Source of the DNA: an uncultured Candidatus Actinomarina sp.
Lineage (GTDB): Bacteria; Actinomycetota; Acidimicrobiia; Actinomarinales; Actinomarinaceae
NCBI GenBank assembly: GCA_902555055.1
Contig: CACDQN010000003.1
Location: 15,860 to 79,859, forward strand
Length of the DNA stretch: 64,000 nucleotides
Direction of reading: 5' to 3'
Positions 47,234 through 56,072 of this stretch are shown here, one piece after another. The position numbers and the translations under genes are program-made. Every line of letters starts with the position of its first letter. Position 1 is the stretch's first letter. Under the pieces are notes generated by a model that was not told the DNA's origin, made no database searches, and worked only from the letters and a program-made list of their open reading frames with translations.

Positions 47234-48356
47234 AGAGGGACTCTTGTATTTTCCTCCAGTTTTCATCAAACACCCCAGAACCAGATAAAGACTCAGATAG
47301 TTGAAATGCTTTCATAGCTAGTTCTAAGCGTGTTTGATCATTTTTAAAAAATAGCTCTAAATTTGTAGTAAATTCATTAGTGTTGTTAATTTCATAAAGC
47401 ATAGTTCCTCCTTTTGAATTAAAAGGAGTGGAAATACCATTAATATTTGTAGCCAAACTAGGTAATTTACATAGTCCACTTTCTATTAATACTCTCGGTA
47501 ATCCTTCGAAATTACTCGCCATAACCAAAATAGCAGAATCATTCATTTTTTTTGCAACTTCATCTGGCTTCAATGCATCATAGAAATTTATATTCGGTAT
47601 ATTATTTTTTGATATGTAATCTTGGCATTCTTCAAAGTATTGAACATTGGGTCTACCACCTACAATTTTAAATTGGTATAAACCATCATTATTTTTTTGA
47701 AAATGATCAAATGCTTTTATGAGAAAAAGAACACCTTTTCTTGGAATAATATTTCCAACAAATAGTATGTTGTTCGATTTTGTATTATTGTTGTTGTGAT
47801 AAAAAGTTGTATTGTCAACCCAAGCAGGAAATACTGAAGTAATTTTTTTATATTTGTCTTCAAGTAATTTAGTTTGCTCTTCATGAACCCCTCTAATTAA
47901 ATCACAATTTTTGTATGTAAAATTTGAAATTTTACTAGACAGGTATATCGTAAATTTTTTAAAATATAATTGTCTTTGGTTTAATAATAAATTTAGAAAA
48001 TCTCCGTGGTGCTCTATGACCAACTTAAAATTCAAAATCCTTAATTTCAAAAGTAAAGTAGGAATCAAAGCTGTTATAGGATCTTTTGCTGAAACAATAT
48101 CAATCTTTTCATTTTTAACAAATTTATAAAATGAAAAGATATTAAAAAAGTAAAAATATAAATAATTAATTAAAAAGTTTTTGAATTTTTTAGTATAAAA
48201 AATTTTTACCACTTTGTGGTCTATGTATTGAGCTTTCTTGTTACTTGAATATACAAAGAGATTAAATGATTTAGACAATTCATTAAACTTATTAAAATCT
48301 GATGAGCTTAACGAAATGGAATAGGGTGTTGTACCGTAAAAAAGTAAATTTTTCAT
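47226..48356 (-). CDS. GT4-family glycosyltransferase
   Basis: EX7E block FEGLPRVLIESGLCKLP and Rossmann-like VGNIIPRKG. 376 aa. Confidence 0.7.
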   Translation of the reverse strand: MKNLLFYGTTPYSISLSSSDFNKFNELSKSFNLFVYSSNKKAQYIDHKVVKIFYTKKFKNFLINYLYFYFFNIFSFYKFVKNEKIDIVSAKDPITALIPTLLLKLRILNFKLVIEHHGDFLNLLLNQRQLYFKKFTIYLSSKISNFTYKNCDLIRGVHEEQTKLLEDKYKKITSVFPAWVDNTTFYHNNNNTKSNNILFVGNIIPRKGVLFLIKAFDHFQKNNDGLYQFKIVGGRPNVQYFEECQDYISKNNIPNINFYDALKPDEVAKKMNDSAILVMASNFEGLPRVLIESGLCKLPSLATNINGISTPFNSKGGTMLYEINNTNEFTTNLELFFKNDQTRLELAMKAFQLSESLSGSGVFDENWRKIQESLYE

Positions 48357-49495
48357 TTTTTTAGTATCTCTAGGTATGTTTTTAAGTTTTGTTCTTCATT
48401 AAATAACTTATGTAGATTTTTCATTGCATTTTTCTTCAATAATCTATCTTTTTCCATATTGTTAGTCAATTCCTCAATTATTTTTAATAAATCTTCTTTT
48501 ACTGGTTTAAATGACTTACGTAATTGCCATATCCACCCATTCCTACCATTCATCAATACTTCGTTTGTCCCACCAATCGGAGTACTAATGATTGATAAAT
48601 TGTGACTAATTGCTTCTAATATTACGTGTGGCAATCCTTCATAGCTAGAACCTTGAATATAAATATTTGACTTTTCATAGAATTGACTTAAAGATTCTTT
48701 ATCCAGTTGTCCGGTAAAAACTACTTCTTGTTCTAGAACTAATTTTCTTGTCAACTCTTTTAGAGCCACTTCTTCTGGCCCACTTCCTACAATATAAAAA
48801 ATAAAATTATTATTTAATCTTTTATACATTGCGAAAGTTTCAAGCATTATATCGATATTTTTCCAGGGAGCTAATCTACCTACTGTAATAAATTTTAATT
48901 TCTCAGGACTTACTTGATTGTCTTCTCTTTTTGTTTTATCTACTATTGTCCCGTTGTAAATAACTTTAATATTTTTATCAGAAACCCCCCAATTCTTAAC
49001 TATGTTCTTTAAGTGATTTGAAGGAGTAATGACCAAGTGGGCTTTTGTTGCAGTCCAACCTCTTGAAAATTTTGCTATTTCCAAATGTAAACCGTGTTTA
49101 TTATTTTGAAAATCATCAAAAGATTCATTTATTAATTTACGATTCATTCCACGTTCCCAAGCCCAATCACCAACAATTTTTCTATAAAGTTTTTTTCTAA
49201 TTAGTAAATTAGCTATGTATGATTCCATAGGAAGACCATTTACAAAAATTAAATCTGAATTTACTCCATGCTTTAGTATTTGAAATATTGTTCTAAACCA
49301 TCGAATTACTAAATTTTGTTTTCTTAAAATCCTTACAATCTTAAAATTTTCCTTATCCAATTGGTATTTATCAGTTAAGCAAATTACTGTTACTTCATTT
49401 CCAGATTTTGAAAGAAGGTTTGCTATTTTTGGTACAAAACTAGCAGGTCCTCCGATGTCAGGAGGAAAAATTCCAACAGTAATTAATATTTTCAA
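48353..49495 (-). CDS. GT4-family glycosyltransferase
   Basis: N-terminal PPDIGGPASF, TVGRLAPWKN and the EX7E block YEGLPHVILEAISHNL. ATGA-type overlaps on both sides. Confidence 0.75.
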   Translation of the reverse strand: MKILITVGIFPPDIGGPASFVPKIANLLSKSGNEVTVICLTDKYQLDKENFKIVRILRKQNLVIRWFRTIFQILKHGVNSDLIFVNGLPMESYIANLLIRKKLYRKIVGDWAWERGMNRKLINESFDDFQNNKHGLHLEIAKFSRGWTATKAHLVITPSNHLKNIVKNWGVSDKNIKVIYNGTIVDKTKREDNQVSPEKLKFITVGRLAPWKNIDIMLETFAMYKRLNNNFIFYIVGSGPEEVALKELTRKLVLEQEVVFTGQLDKESLSQFYEKSNIYIQGSSYEGLPHVILEAISHNLSIISTPIGGTNEVLMNGRNGWIWQLRKSFKPVKEDLLKIIEELTNNMEKDRLLKKNAMKNLHKLFNEEQNLKTYLEILKK

Positions 49496-50469
49496 TTATT
49501 TATTTTTTTATACTCAATTATTTCTTTGATCATATTTTCTATCGTCATAGAAGGCTCATAACCTGTAGCTTCTACAATTTTATCAATTGAAGGCGTTCTC
49601 CGCATTGGGTCTTCAAATTTACTTCCATATACTTCTTCATGTGTTCTATATACTATTTTTGAATTTGAATTACTTAATTTTATAATTAATTCTGCAAGCT
49701 CTTTAATCGAGATTTCTTCAGTTTGTCCAATATTAAAAATTTCGCCATAGAGTTTTTTATTTGATAGAAGATAGAAATATTCAATTACATCATTTACCCA
49801 AGTAAAAGATCGAGTCTGAGTACCATTTCCATGAATTATGATATCTCTATCTTGAATTGCAGCTTCGATAAACTTTGGTACAACCATACCAAAATCAGAA
49901 ACTTGGTTGGGTCCAATTATATTAAATAGCCTAACTACAATTGGATTCAAATTATTATCGTTGTATTCAGACAACACTAAAAATTCATCAATTAGTTTCG
50001 ATGCAGCGTATGACCATCTTAATTTTGTTGGGGGACCGATTAAGCTTTTAGTTTCTTCCGTCCACACCTTGTCACTTGAAGTACCATAAACTTCAGAAGT
50101 GGATGTAATCAACATAGGTATATTGTTTGCCTTACATGCTTCAATAATTACATGTGTTCCTTCAATATTCGTAAGCAATGCTTTACTTACATTTTCCATG
50201 ATATATTGAACACCTACTCCTGCAGCTAAGTGGAAGCAGAAATCATAGTCTTTAAACAATTTTTCAAGATTTTCGATATCTTCTATTCTGGATTCGATAA
50301 ATTCAATATTATTTAATCCAATTAAGTTGTTTTTATTCCCAGTTGATAAGTCATCAATTATAAGTATTTTTTCGGTTCCTTCAGATAAAAATTTTTTTGC
50401 TAGGTTTGAACCAATAAAACCTGCACCGCCAGTAATAATAATATTTTTTAAATTATTTTTCATAGTCAT
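49492..50469 (-). CDS. NAD-dependent SDR epimerase/dehydratase (second UXS/ArnA-C-like paralogue)
   Basis: ITGGAGFIGSNL, TSTSEVYG and YAASK (YxxxK). Start is likely MTMKNNLKN (50469) or MKNNLKN (50463). The track start 50520 overlaps the upstream gene by 68 bp. Confidence 0.7.
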   Translation of the reverse strand: MTMKNNLKNIIITGGAGFIGSNLAKKFLSEGTEKILIIDDLSTGNKNNLIGLNNIEFIESRIEDIENLEKLFKDYDFCFHLAAGVGVQYIMENVSKALLTNIEGTHVIIEACKANNIPMLITSTSEVYGTSSDKVWTEETKSLIGPPTKLRWSYAASKLIDEFLVLSEYNDNNLNPIVVRLFNIIGPNQVSDFGMVVPKFIEAAIQDRDIIIHGNGTQTRSFTWVNDVIEYFYLLSNKKLYGEIFNIGQTEEISIKELAELIIKLSNSNSKIVYRTHEEVYGSKFEDPMRRTPSIDKIVEATGYEPSMTIENMIKEIIEYKKINN

Positions 50470-51445
50470 ACTTAAATTTAATTTTCTGAAGGTAAGATTC
50501 ATTACTTTTATACCATTCAATTGTTTTTTCTAGTCCCTCATCAATATCAGTAAATGGTTGCCAGTCAAGTTTTTGCTTTGAGTTATCTAAGTTTGGAAGT
50601 ACAACATCAACATCATTATATGCCCTATCTCTAAAAACTAAATTTGCTTTTTTACCAAGGTAATTTTCAATCTTATTGATTATTTCAATTAATGACCATG
50701 TAGTATTTGAACCAAAATTGAAAGTACCACTTTTGTTATAGTGTCTTAACTTATTTAAACCATCCACAATGTCCATAACATAGGTAAAAGACCTTCTTTG
50801 CTCTCCGTTACCATAAATTATTACTTCTTGATTTGTTGCAATCCAGTGAATAAATCTCAATATAGACATATCAGGCCTGCCGTATGGACCATAAACAGTA
50901 AAAAATCTTCCAATCTTTAATATTTCGTCTTCTTCAGAAAATACATTTCTTACCAAAGTTTCACCGAATGCTTTTGTAGCAGCATAAATTGAAGGAGGTT
51001 CATTTAATTCATCTTGATTTTCAGTTGCTAAATTGTTACCTGTATCACCATAAATAGAAGATGTTGAAGCTAATACAAGATTTTCTATACTTAAATTTTT
51101 TGCGGTCAAAGCTAGATTTACAGTTGCTGTAGTGTTGTCTCTTATGTACTTATCTGGTTCTAAATAGCTTTGCCTTACACCAGCACGAGCACCTAAGTGC
51201 ACAATTGTTTTTGCTCCGTTAAAACTATTTAAATGATTTTCAATTTCATTCTTTTCAGATAAATCTATTTTTAAAAATTTGAAGTTAGAAATATTTTTTA
51301 AATGTTCTAGTCGTAAATCTTTTAATCTTGAATCGTATGCATTATTTAAAGAATCAATTCCAATAATCTCGTAAGTTTCATCAAGGGAATTTATAAAATT
51401 AAAGCCTATAAATCCACATGAACCTGTAACAATAATTTTTTCCAC
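50453..51445 (-). CDS. UDP-glucuronate 4-epimerase-like SDR
   Basis: VTGSCGFIGFN, YAATK and the block RFFTVYGPYGRPDM characteristic of GlcA 4-epimerases (FFTVYGPWGRPDM). GTG start. Confidence 0.7.
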   Translation of the reverse strand: MEKIIVTGSCGFIGFNFINSLDETYEIIGIDSLNNAYDSRLKDLRLEHLKNISNFKFLKIDLSEKNEIENHLNSFNGAKTIVHLGARAGVRQSYLEPDKYIRDNTTATVNLALTAKNLSIENLVLASTSSIYGDTGNNLATENQDELNEPPSIYAATKAFGETLVRNVFSEEDEILKIGRFFTVYGPYGRPDMSILRFIHWIATNQEVIIYGNGEQRRSFTYVMDIVDGLNKLRHYNKSGTFNFGSNTTWSLIEIINKIENYLGKKANLVFRDRAYNDVDVVLPNLDNSKQKLDWQPFTDIDEGLEKTIEWYKSNESYLQKIKFKYDYEK

Positions 51446-51511
51446 TATCAGATTCTAACTCTTTTGATATATATCTTTTGGATATTTCTTGGTTCTATTA
51501 CTATAAATTAT

Positions 51512-53083
51512 ATGCTTACATTCCTAGGCCATGCTGCTTTTATGTACGAAACTGAGAATGAAATCTTACTTATGGACCCATGGATGTCAAAATCAGGTGC
51601 TTTTGATTCATCTTGGTATCAGTTTCCTTCAAATCATCTTCTTGGCGATGATGTTCGAGAATTAATTGAAACGACAGACAAAAATGTATACATTTATATA
51701 AGTCATGAACATAAAGATCACTTTGACCTTCCTTTTCTTAAATCCCTTCCATTAAGTAAAATTAATTTTATTACTCCAAAATTTAGAAGAGACCATGTGG
51801 CTTCTGTTTTAAATAAATTAAATCCTAATTCTGTAACTACACCTATTGATTCAGAAATAGTTAATATTGGAAATCTAGAAATAAGGCTGTTTCTTGATGA
51901 TCAAGAAATTGTCAGAGATTCAGCTTTAGGTCTCCATGATTCTGACTCTGATTTTACATTTTTAAACCTAAATGATTGTAAAGTTTATGATCGTGTAGAT
52001 GAACTCTTCGCAATATACAACAAATTTGATATTTTTACATGTCAATTTTCTGGTGCCGTTTTTCATCCCGTTTGTTATGAATATCCTGAAAAAAAATATT
52101 ATGAGATTTCTGAATCTAAAGTTTATGGAAAATTTGGTTCTGTTAAAAATCTTATTCAAAAATTTAAACCAGAACTTTATATACCGGCAGCTGGCCCCCC
52201 AGTCTTTTTAGATCCAAATTTGATTCATATAAATTTTCAAGATGTAAATATATTCTCGTCACCTTTTAAATTTAAAAAATATTTAAATGATGCAATACCT
52301 GAATTAAATGTAGAAGTCCCTGTTCCTGGTAGTAAATTTTATTTTAAGAAGCAACAAGTAGATATTGAACATCCTCTAGAGAATATTGAAGAAATGTACG
52401 ATAAAAAAAATATTCAAGATTATGCAAATAATTACGAATCTATTTTCTTAGAGAGAGAAAAGCAAAAATCGTCTTACGACCCTATCGAAGTCCAAAAAAG
52501 ATTGTTAGTTGAATTAAACTCAAAATTAAATGGTTTTAAAATTGAACAAAAAATGAATATTTTAATGGAGTTTTCCTTAAGTGAAATTGAAGATACTTCT
52601 ATCTACATAGATTTTGAATATAACCAAATAGATATTAAGAATAAAATTAATAAAAGTTCTGACTTAACCTATGAGATTAGCGCATCAGCAGGTGATATTG
52701 GAAGATTATTAGATGGGTATCTTAATTGGGAAGATTTCATGCTTTCATTTAGACACAAATTGAAACGAACCCCTGATATCTATCAAGTAGCTATCAACGG
52801 TTTCTTAACAATGGAAAAAGAAGATGTACCTGAATTCGTTAATAATTTAATGCGATTACAAAACCAAAGAGAACGAATTTCTGTTGAAGTTGGTGGAGTG
52901 TTGTACTCTATTGATAAATTTTGTCCTCACCAGGGTAGTGATTTAACTACTCATGAAATTGAAGACGAGAGATTTCTGATTTGTCCTAAACATAGATGGT
53001 CATTTGATTTAGAAGATGAGGGTAAAGCAGTGGGACATGATGCTTCAATAAATGCAGTAGATCTTGATGGCGATGGTTCTTAA
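51512..53083 (+). CDS. CMAH/NamH-like Rieske [2Fe-2S] + metallo-beta-lactamase-fold monooxygenase
   Basis: MBL-type start MLTFLGHAAF..LLMDPW and HxHxDH motif (YISHEHKDHF). C-terminal Rieske ligands CPH-(17 aa)-CPKH. ATG 51512 is preferred over TTG 51464. Confidence 0.65.
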   Translation: MLTFLGHAAFMYETENEILLMDPWMSKSGAFDSSWYQFPSNHLLGDDVRELIETTDKNVYIYISHEHKDHFDLPFLKSLPLSKINFITPKFRRDHVASVLNKLNPNSVTTPIDSEIVNIGNLEIRLFLDDQEIVRDSALGLHDSDSDFTFLNLNDCKVYDRVDELFAIYNKFDIFTCQFSGAVFHPVCYEYPEKKYYEISESKVYGKFGSVKNLIQKFKPELYIPAAGPPVFLDPNLIHINFQDVNIFSSPFKFKKYLNDAIPELNVEVPVPGSKFYFKKQQVDIEHPLENIEEMYDKKNIQDYANNYESIFLEREKQKSSYDPIEVQKRLLVELNSKLNGFKIEQKMNILMEFSLSEIEDTSIYIDFEYNQIDIKNKINKSSDLTYEISASAGDIGRLLDGYLNWEDFMLSFRHKLKRTPDIYQVAINGFLTMEKEDVPEFVNNLMRLQNQRERISVEVGGVLYSIDKFCPHQGSDLTTHEIEDERFLICPKHRWSFDLEDEGKAVGHDASINAVDLDGDGS

Positions 53084-53088
53084 ATATA

Positions 53089-53817
53089 TTGTCATATAAT
53101 TCTAAATCTCATTTGATAATAGTTCCAACTTATAATGAAATTGATAATATAGATAAATTTATCGAGGAAGTTTTTAAAATTGATGTTTCTCTTCTAGTTG
53201 TTGATGACAATTCTCCTGACGGAACTTCTAGTTATGTAGAGAATATTATGAAAACCCATCAAAAAATATATTTGTTAAAAAGAAATTCAAAACTAGGATT
53301 AGGTTCTGCTTACAGAGATGGTTTTAAATGGGGGTTAAATAAGGGATTCACTCATTTTATTGAAATGGATGCAGATTTTTCTCATAGTTTTGAAGATTTG
53401 TTGAAAATATTGGATAGCTCGCATTATTCCGATGTAGTAATTGGTAGCAGGTATATTTCTGGTGGAGGGAGTACAGGTTGGGATACGAAGCGAAAAATAT
53501 TGTCAATTACAGCTAATAATTTATCAAAATTATTACTCCGTTCAAAAATAAATGATATGACGAGTGGCTTTAGGTGTTATTCCAGAAAAGCTTTAGAAGA
53601 AATAGAATATTTTAAAACTAATTCAGATGGGTATTCCTTTCAAATTGAAATGACAATCAGAAGTATTGCAAAAGGGCTAATTATTAAAGAGGTACCAATA
53701 ATTTTTTATGAAAGAAGACTTGGAAATTCTAAAATGTCCAAATCAATAGTTTTGGAAGCATTACTATTCCTCTTAAAGAATGGATTAAAAAGATGGTTAA
53801 ATATAAAGATAAATTAA
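53089..53817 (+). CDS. GT2 polyprenol-phosphate glycosyltransferase (Dpm1/Ppm1/GtrB-like)
   Basis: IIVPTYNE, VVDDNSPDGT and MDADFSH (DxD) motifs. 242 aa. TTG start. Confidence 0.8.
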   Translation: MSYNSKSHLIIVPTYNEIDNIDKFIEEVFKIDVSLLVVDDNSPDGTSSYVENIMKTHQKIYLLKRNSKLGLGSAYRDGFKWGLNKGFTHFIEMDADFSHSFEDLLKILDSSHYSDVVIGSRYISGGGSTGWDTKRKILSITANNLSKLLLRSKINDMTSGFRCYSRKALEEIEYFKTNSDGYSFQIEMTIRSIAKGLIIKEVPIIFYERRLGNSKMSKSIVLEALLFLLKNGLKRWLNIKIN

Positions 53818-54977
53818 TTAACTTTCAAATTTTTCTTGTCTTCCTAATTCCAATAACTCCACACATATCTATTTCATCCTATATAGAGCTAGATGATATT
53901 CCAGTAATTTTATTTCTAGTATTATTTATGATCAACATATATTTAAAAAATTTAAAACAAATTTTTTACAGGCAGTTAATTCCTATATGTATTTTTACTT
54001 TTTATATTTTTGTTCAAAATATATTTATTAATAATGAACTAATTTTTAGTGACGGAATGAGATATATATTCTACACCGCTTTATATATTTCACTACTAGG
54101 TGACAATGATTTAAATCAATATGATAATCTGTTTAGAAATCTTACCTTATTTTTAAATTTTTTTTCAATTCTATTTTTTTTCCTTCAGTTAAATTTTGGT
54201 ACTGACTCATATAATTATTGGAAAATGGGATTTAATGAAAATCAATGGATATTTACTGATGGAAGGATGAACGGTTTTCAAGCAGGAGGTCCTAATGCTT
54301 TTGGAGGCTTAATAGCAGCACTAAATTTATATTGTATTTCCAACAGTAACCGAGTTTATAAAAGAATTTTTATTGTAACCGGGATATTGGGCTGTTTCTT
54401 CACTTACAGTCGTGCATCCATGATAATTTTAATAATTTTGTTGACTGCGTATTTAATTTTATCAAAGAATATATTTGAAGTTTTTTTAGTGGGATTAACA
54501 ATTATTTTTGTAACAAATTTCGGTTTATTAGATAGGTTTATTTCAGAAGCAGAAACTGAAGGAATTCAGGATAGAGTAGAAATGCAGCAAGCTACTATTT
54601 CTGATATATCTTCTAGAGGCTTAGCTAATAATTTATTTGGTTATGGACATAATAATTATGGAATTGTCAGAAGCGAAATACAGCAAACTACAAATTTTTC
54701 ACCTGAGTTAAGGCCAACTGGACCCCACAATTCTTTTTTGTTTATAATTTTAGATTACGGATTTGTAGGATTGTTATTATTTATTTGTATCTTTATAAAA
54801 CCAGTTAAAGTGTTTTTTAAAGATATTAAAGATAATATTTTAGATAAAAATTTTTTATTTTTAGGATCTTTTGTAGCTATGTCTCTTACAGGTGATTTTA
54901 TTCAGAATCATTCAGTTTCGATTCTCTTCTTTTTTGTATTTTTTAAGTTAAACATAAGTATTCAAAATGAAAGATAA
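53793..54977 (+). CDS. O-antigen ligase/polymerase family (Wzy_C) membrane protein
   Basis: RMNGFQAGGPNAFGGL, FTYSRASMIILI and TGPHNSFLFIILDYGFVG motifs with ~10 TM helices. 25-bp overlap with the GT2 gene. Confidence 0.65.
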   Translation: MVKYKDKLINFQIFLVFLIPITPHISISSYIELDDIPVILFLVLFMINIYLKNLKQIFYRQLIPICIFTFYIFVQNIFINNELIFSDGMRYIFYTALYISLLGDNDLNQYDNLFRNLTLFLNFFSILFFFLQLNFGTDSYNYWKMGFNENQWIFTDGRMNGFQAGGPNAFGGLIAALNLYCISNSNRVYKRIFIVTGILGCFFTYSRASMIILIILLTAYLILSKNIFEVFLVGLTIIFVTNFGLLDRFISEAETEGIQDRVEMQQATISDISSRGLANNLFGYGHNNYGIVRSEIQQTTNFSPELRPTGPHNSFLFIILDYGFVGLLLFICIFIKPVKVFFKDIKDNILDKNFLFLGSFVAMSLTGDFIQNHSVSILFFFVFFKLNISIQNER

Positions 54978-56052
54978 ATTAAAAATATTACACGTAGTTC
55001 CAACCTTAAAAAAAGATGGTGCTGAAGTACAACTCGCATCAATAATCAATGAAATTAAAAATATACACTTTGATATATTTACATTTGATATGTACAGAAA
55101 AGGAGATTCTGTAGAAAAAAGTCTTGAAAAATATTCGATATATACCGACAAATTTTTCGGCTTATTTAGTTTATATAAATTAGTTAAAAGAGAAAAATAC
55201 GACATAGTACATTCTCATTTGCCAAAATCTGATTTCTATGTTGGAGTAATTAAGATTTTTAATAAAGATTTTAAACATGTAATCTCAGTTCATGCAAAAT
55301 ATGGCACAAGAACTGGAGAAAATAAATTTAAATATCTTTTCACAAATTTTTTTTGGAGAAAGATATTAAATCAATCAAGTGGAGTCATTGCAATATCTGA
55401 CAGCATTAACAAATGGTTAACCAAACATATTAATTTAGAAGAAGGTAATGTTTCTACAATTCACTATGGAATAAAGATTAATGATAGAAATACAAAAATT
55501 CATAATCAAAATGTAATTGGCATGGCAGCAAGAATGTTACCTTGGAAGGGATGGGATAAAGTTCTTGAAGTAGGCTCATTTTTAAAAGAAAGTGGTATTA
55601 ATTTCAAAATTAAATTAGCTGGATCTGATGATATAGGCTATTTAAAAGATTTAAACAATATGATAATAAAATATGAACTAGAAGAAAATGTAGAGGTGTT
55701 TCCTCATTTTTCAGATATAAACAAATTTTTTCATGAAATAGATTTATTCTTATTTCTATCTGAATCGGAAGGGTTTGGCTTAGTTGCTTTAGAGGCTGTA
55801 GAAAGTAATGTTGCTGTAATTTGTTCAAACATTAGTCCTCTTAATGAGTTTATCTTAGATATAAATGGTTCTTTAGTTGATAGAAATGACACACAAACCA
55901 TCGCTGAACTCATTGGTAATTATTTCAAAAATGAACAAAAGATTTTAAAAAGTGTTCAAATCGGTCAAAAAACACACGTAGTTAAAAATTTTTCTTTAAG
56001 AAAATCTGCAGAATCTATTGAAAAATTTTATATAAGCACAAATAATAACTAG
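54967..56052 (+). CDS. GT4-family glycosyltransferase
   Basis: EX7E block SEGFGLVALEAVESNV. The N-terminal half aligns by eye with the GT4 at 22803 (KILHVVPTLKKDGAE / [15 protein letters not shown]; HSHLPKSDF / HTHSPRSDF). Confidence 0.75.
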   Translation: MKDKLKILHVVPTLKKDGAEVQLASIINEIKNIHFDIFTFDMYRKGDSVEKSLEKYSIYTDKFFGLFSLYKLVKREKYDIVHSHLPKSDFYVGVIKIFNKDFKHVISVHAKYGTRTGENKFKYLFTNFFWRKILNQSSGVIAISDSINKWLTKHINLEEGNVSTIHYGIKINDRNTKIHNQNVIGMAARMLPWKGWDKVLEVGSFLKESGINFKIKLAGSDDIGYLKDLNNMIIKYELEENVEVFPHFSDINKFFHEIDLFLFLSESEGFGLVALEAVESNVAVICSNISPLNEFILDINGSLVDRNDTQTIAELIGNYFKNEQKILKSVQIGQKTHVVKNFSLRKSAESIEKFYISTNNN

Positions 56053-56072
56053 TTACCATATATTATTGTAAG

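Noticed and set aside
51446-51511. TATAAA-like hexamer 4 nt upstream of ATG 51512, suggesting a leaderless transcript or promoter for the nine-gene operon. Similar hexamers occur in the 17963-18019 and 27217-27255 gaps.
   Set aside because: TA-rich hexamers occur everywhere at this base composition. Without TSS data no promoter can be assigned.
51464-51511. TTG-initiated hydrophobic N-terminal extension (MIYIFWIFLGSITINY) of the Rieske/MBL protein as a membrane anchor
   Set aside because: The MBL fold begins with the canonical M-x-i-t-f-l-G-H pattern at ATG 51512. The extension depends on a weak TTG in the promoter gap. This is unresolved, but the shorter form is favoured.
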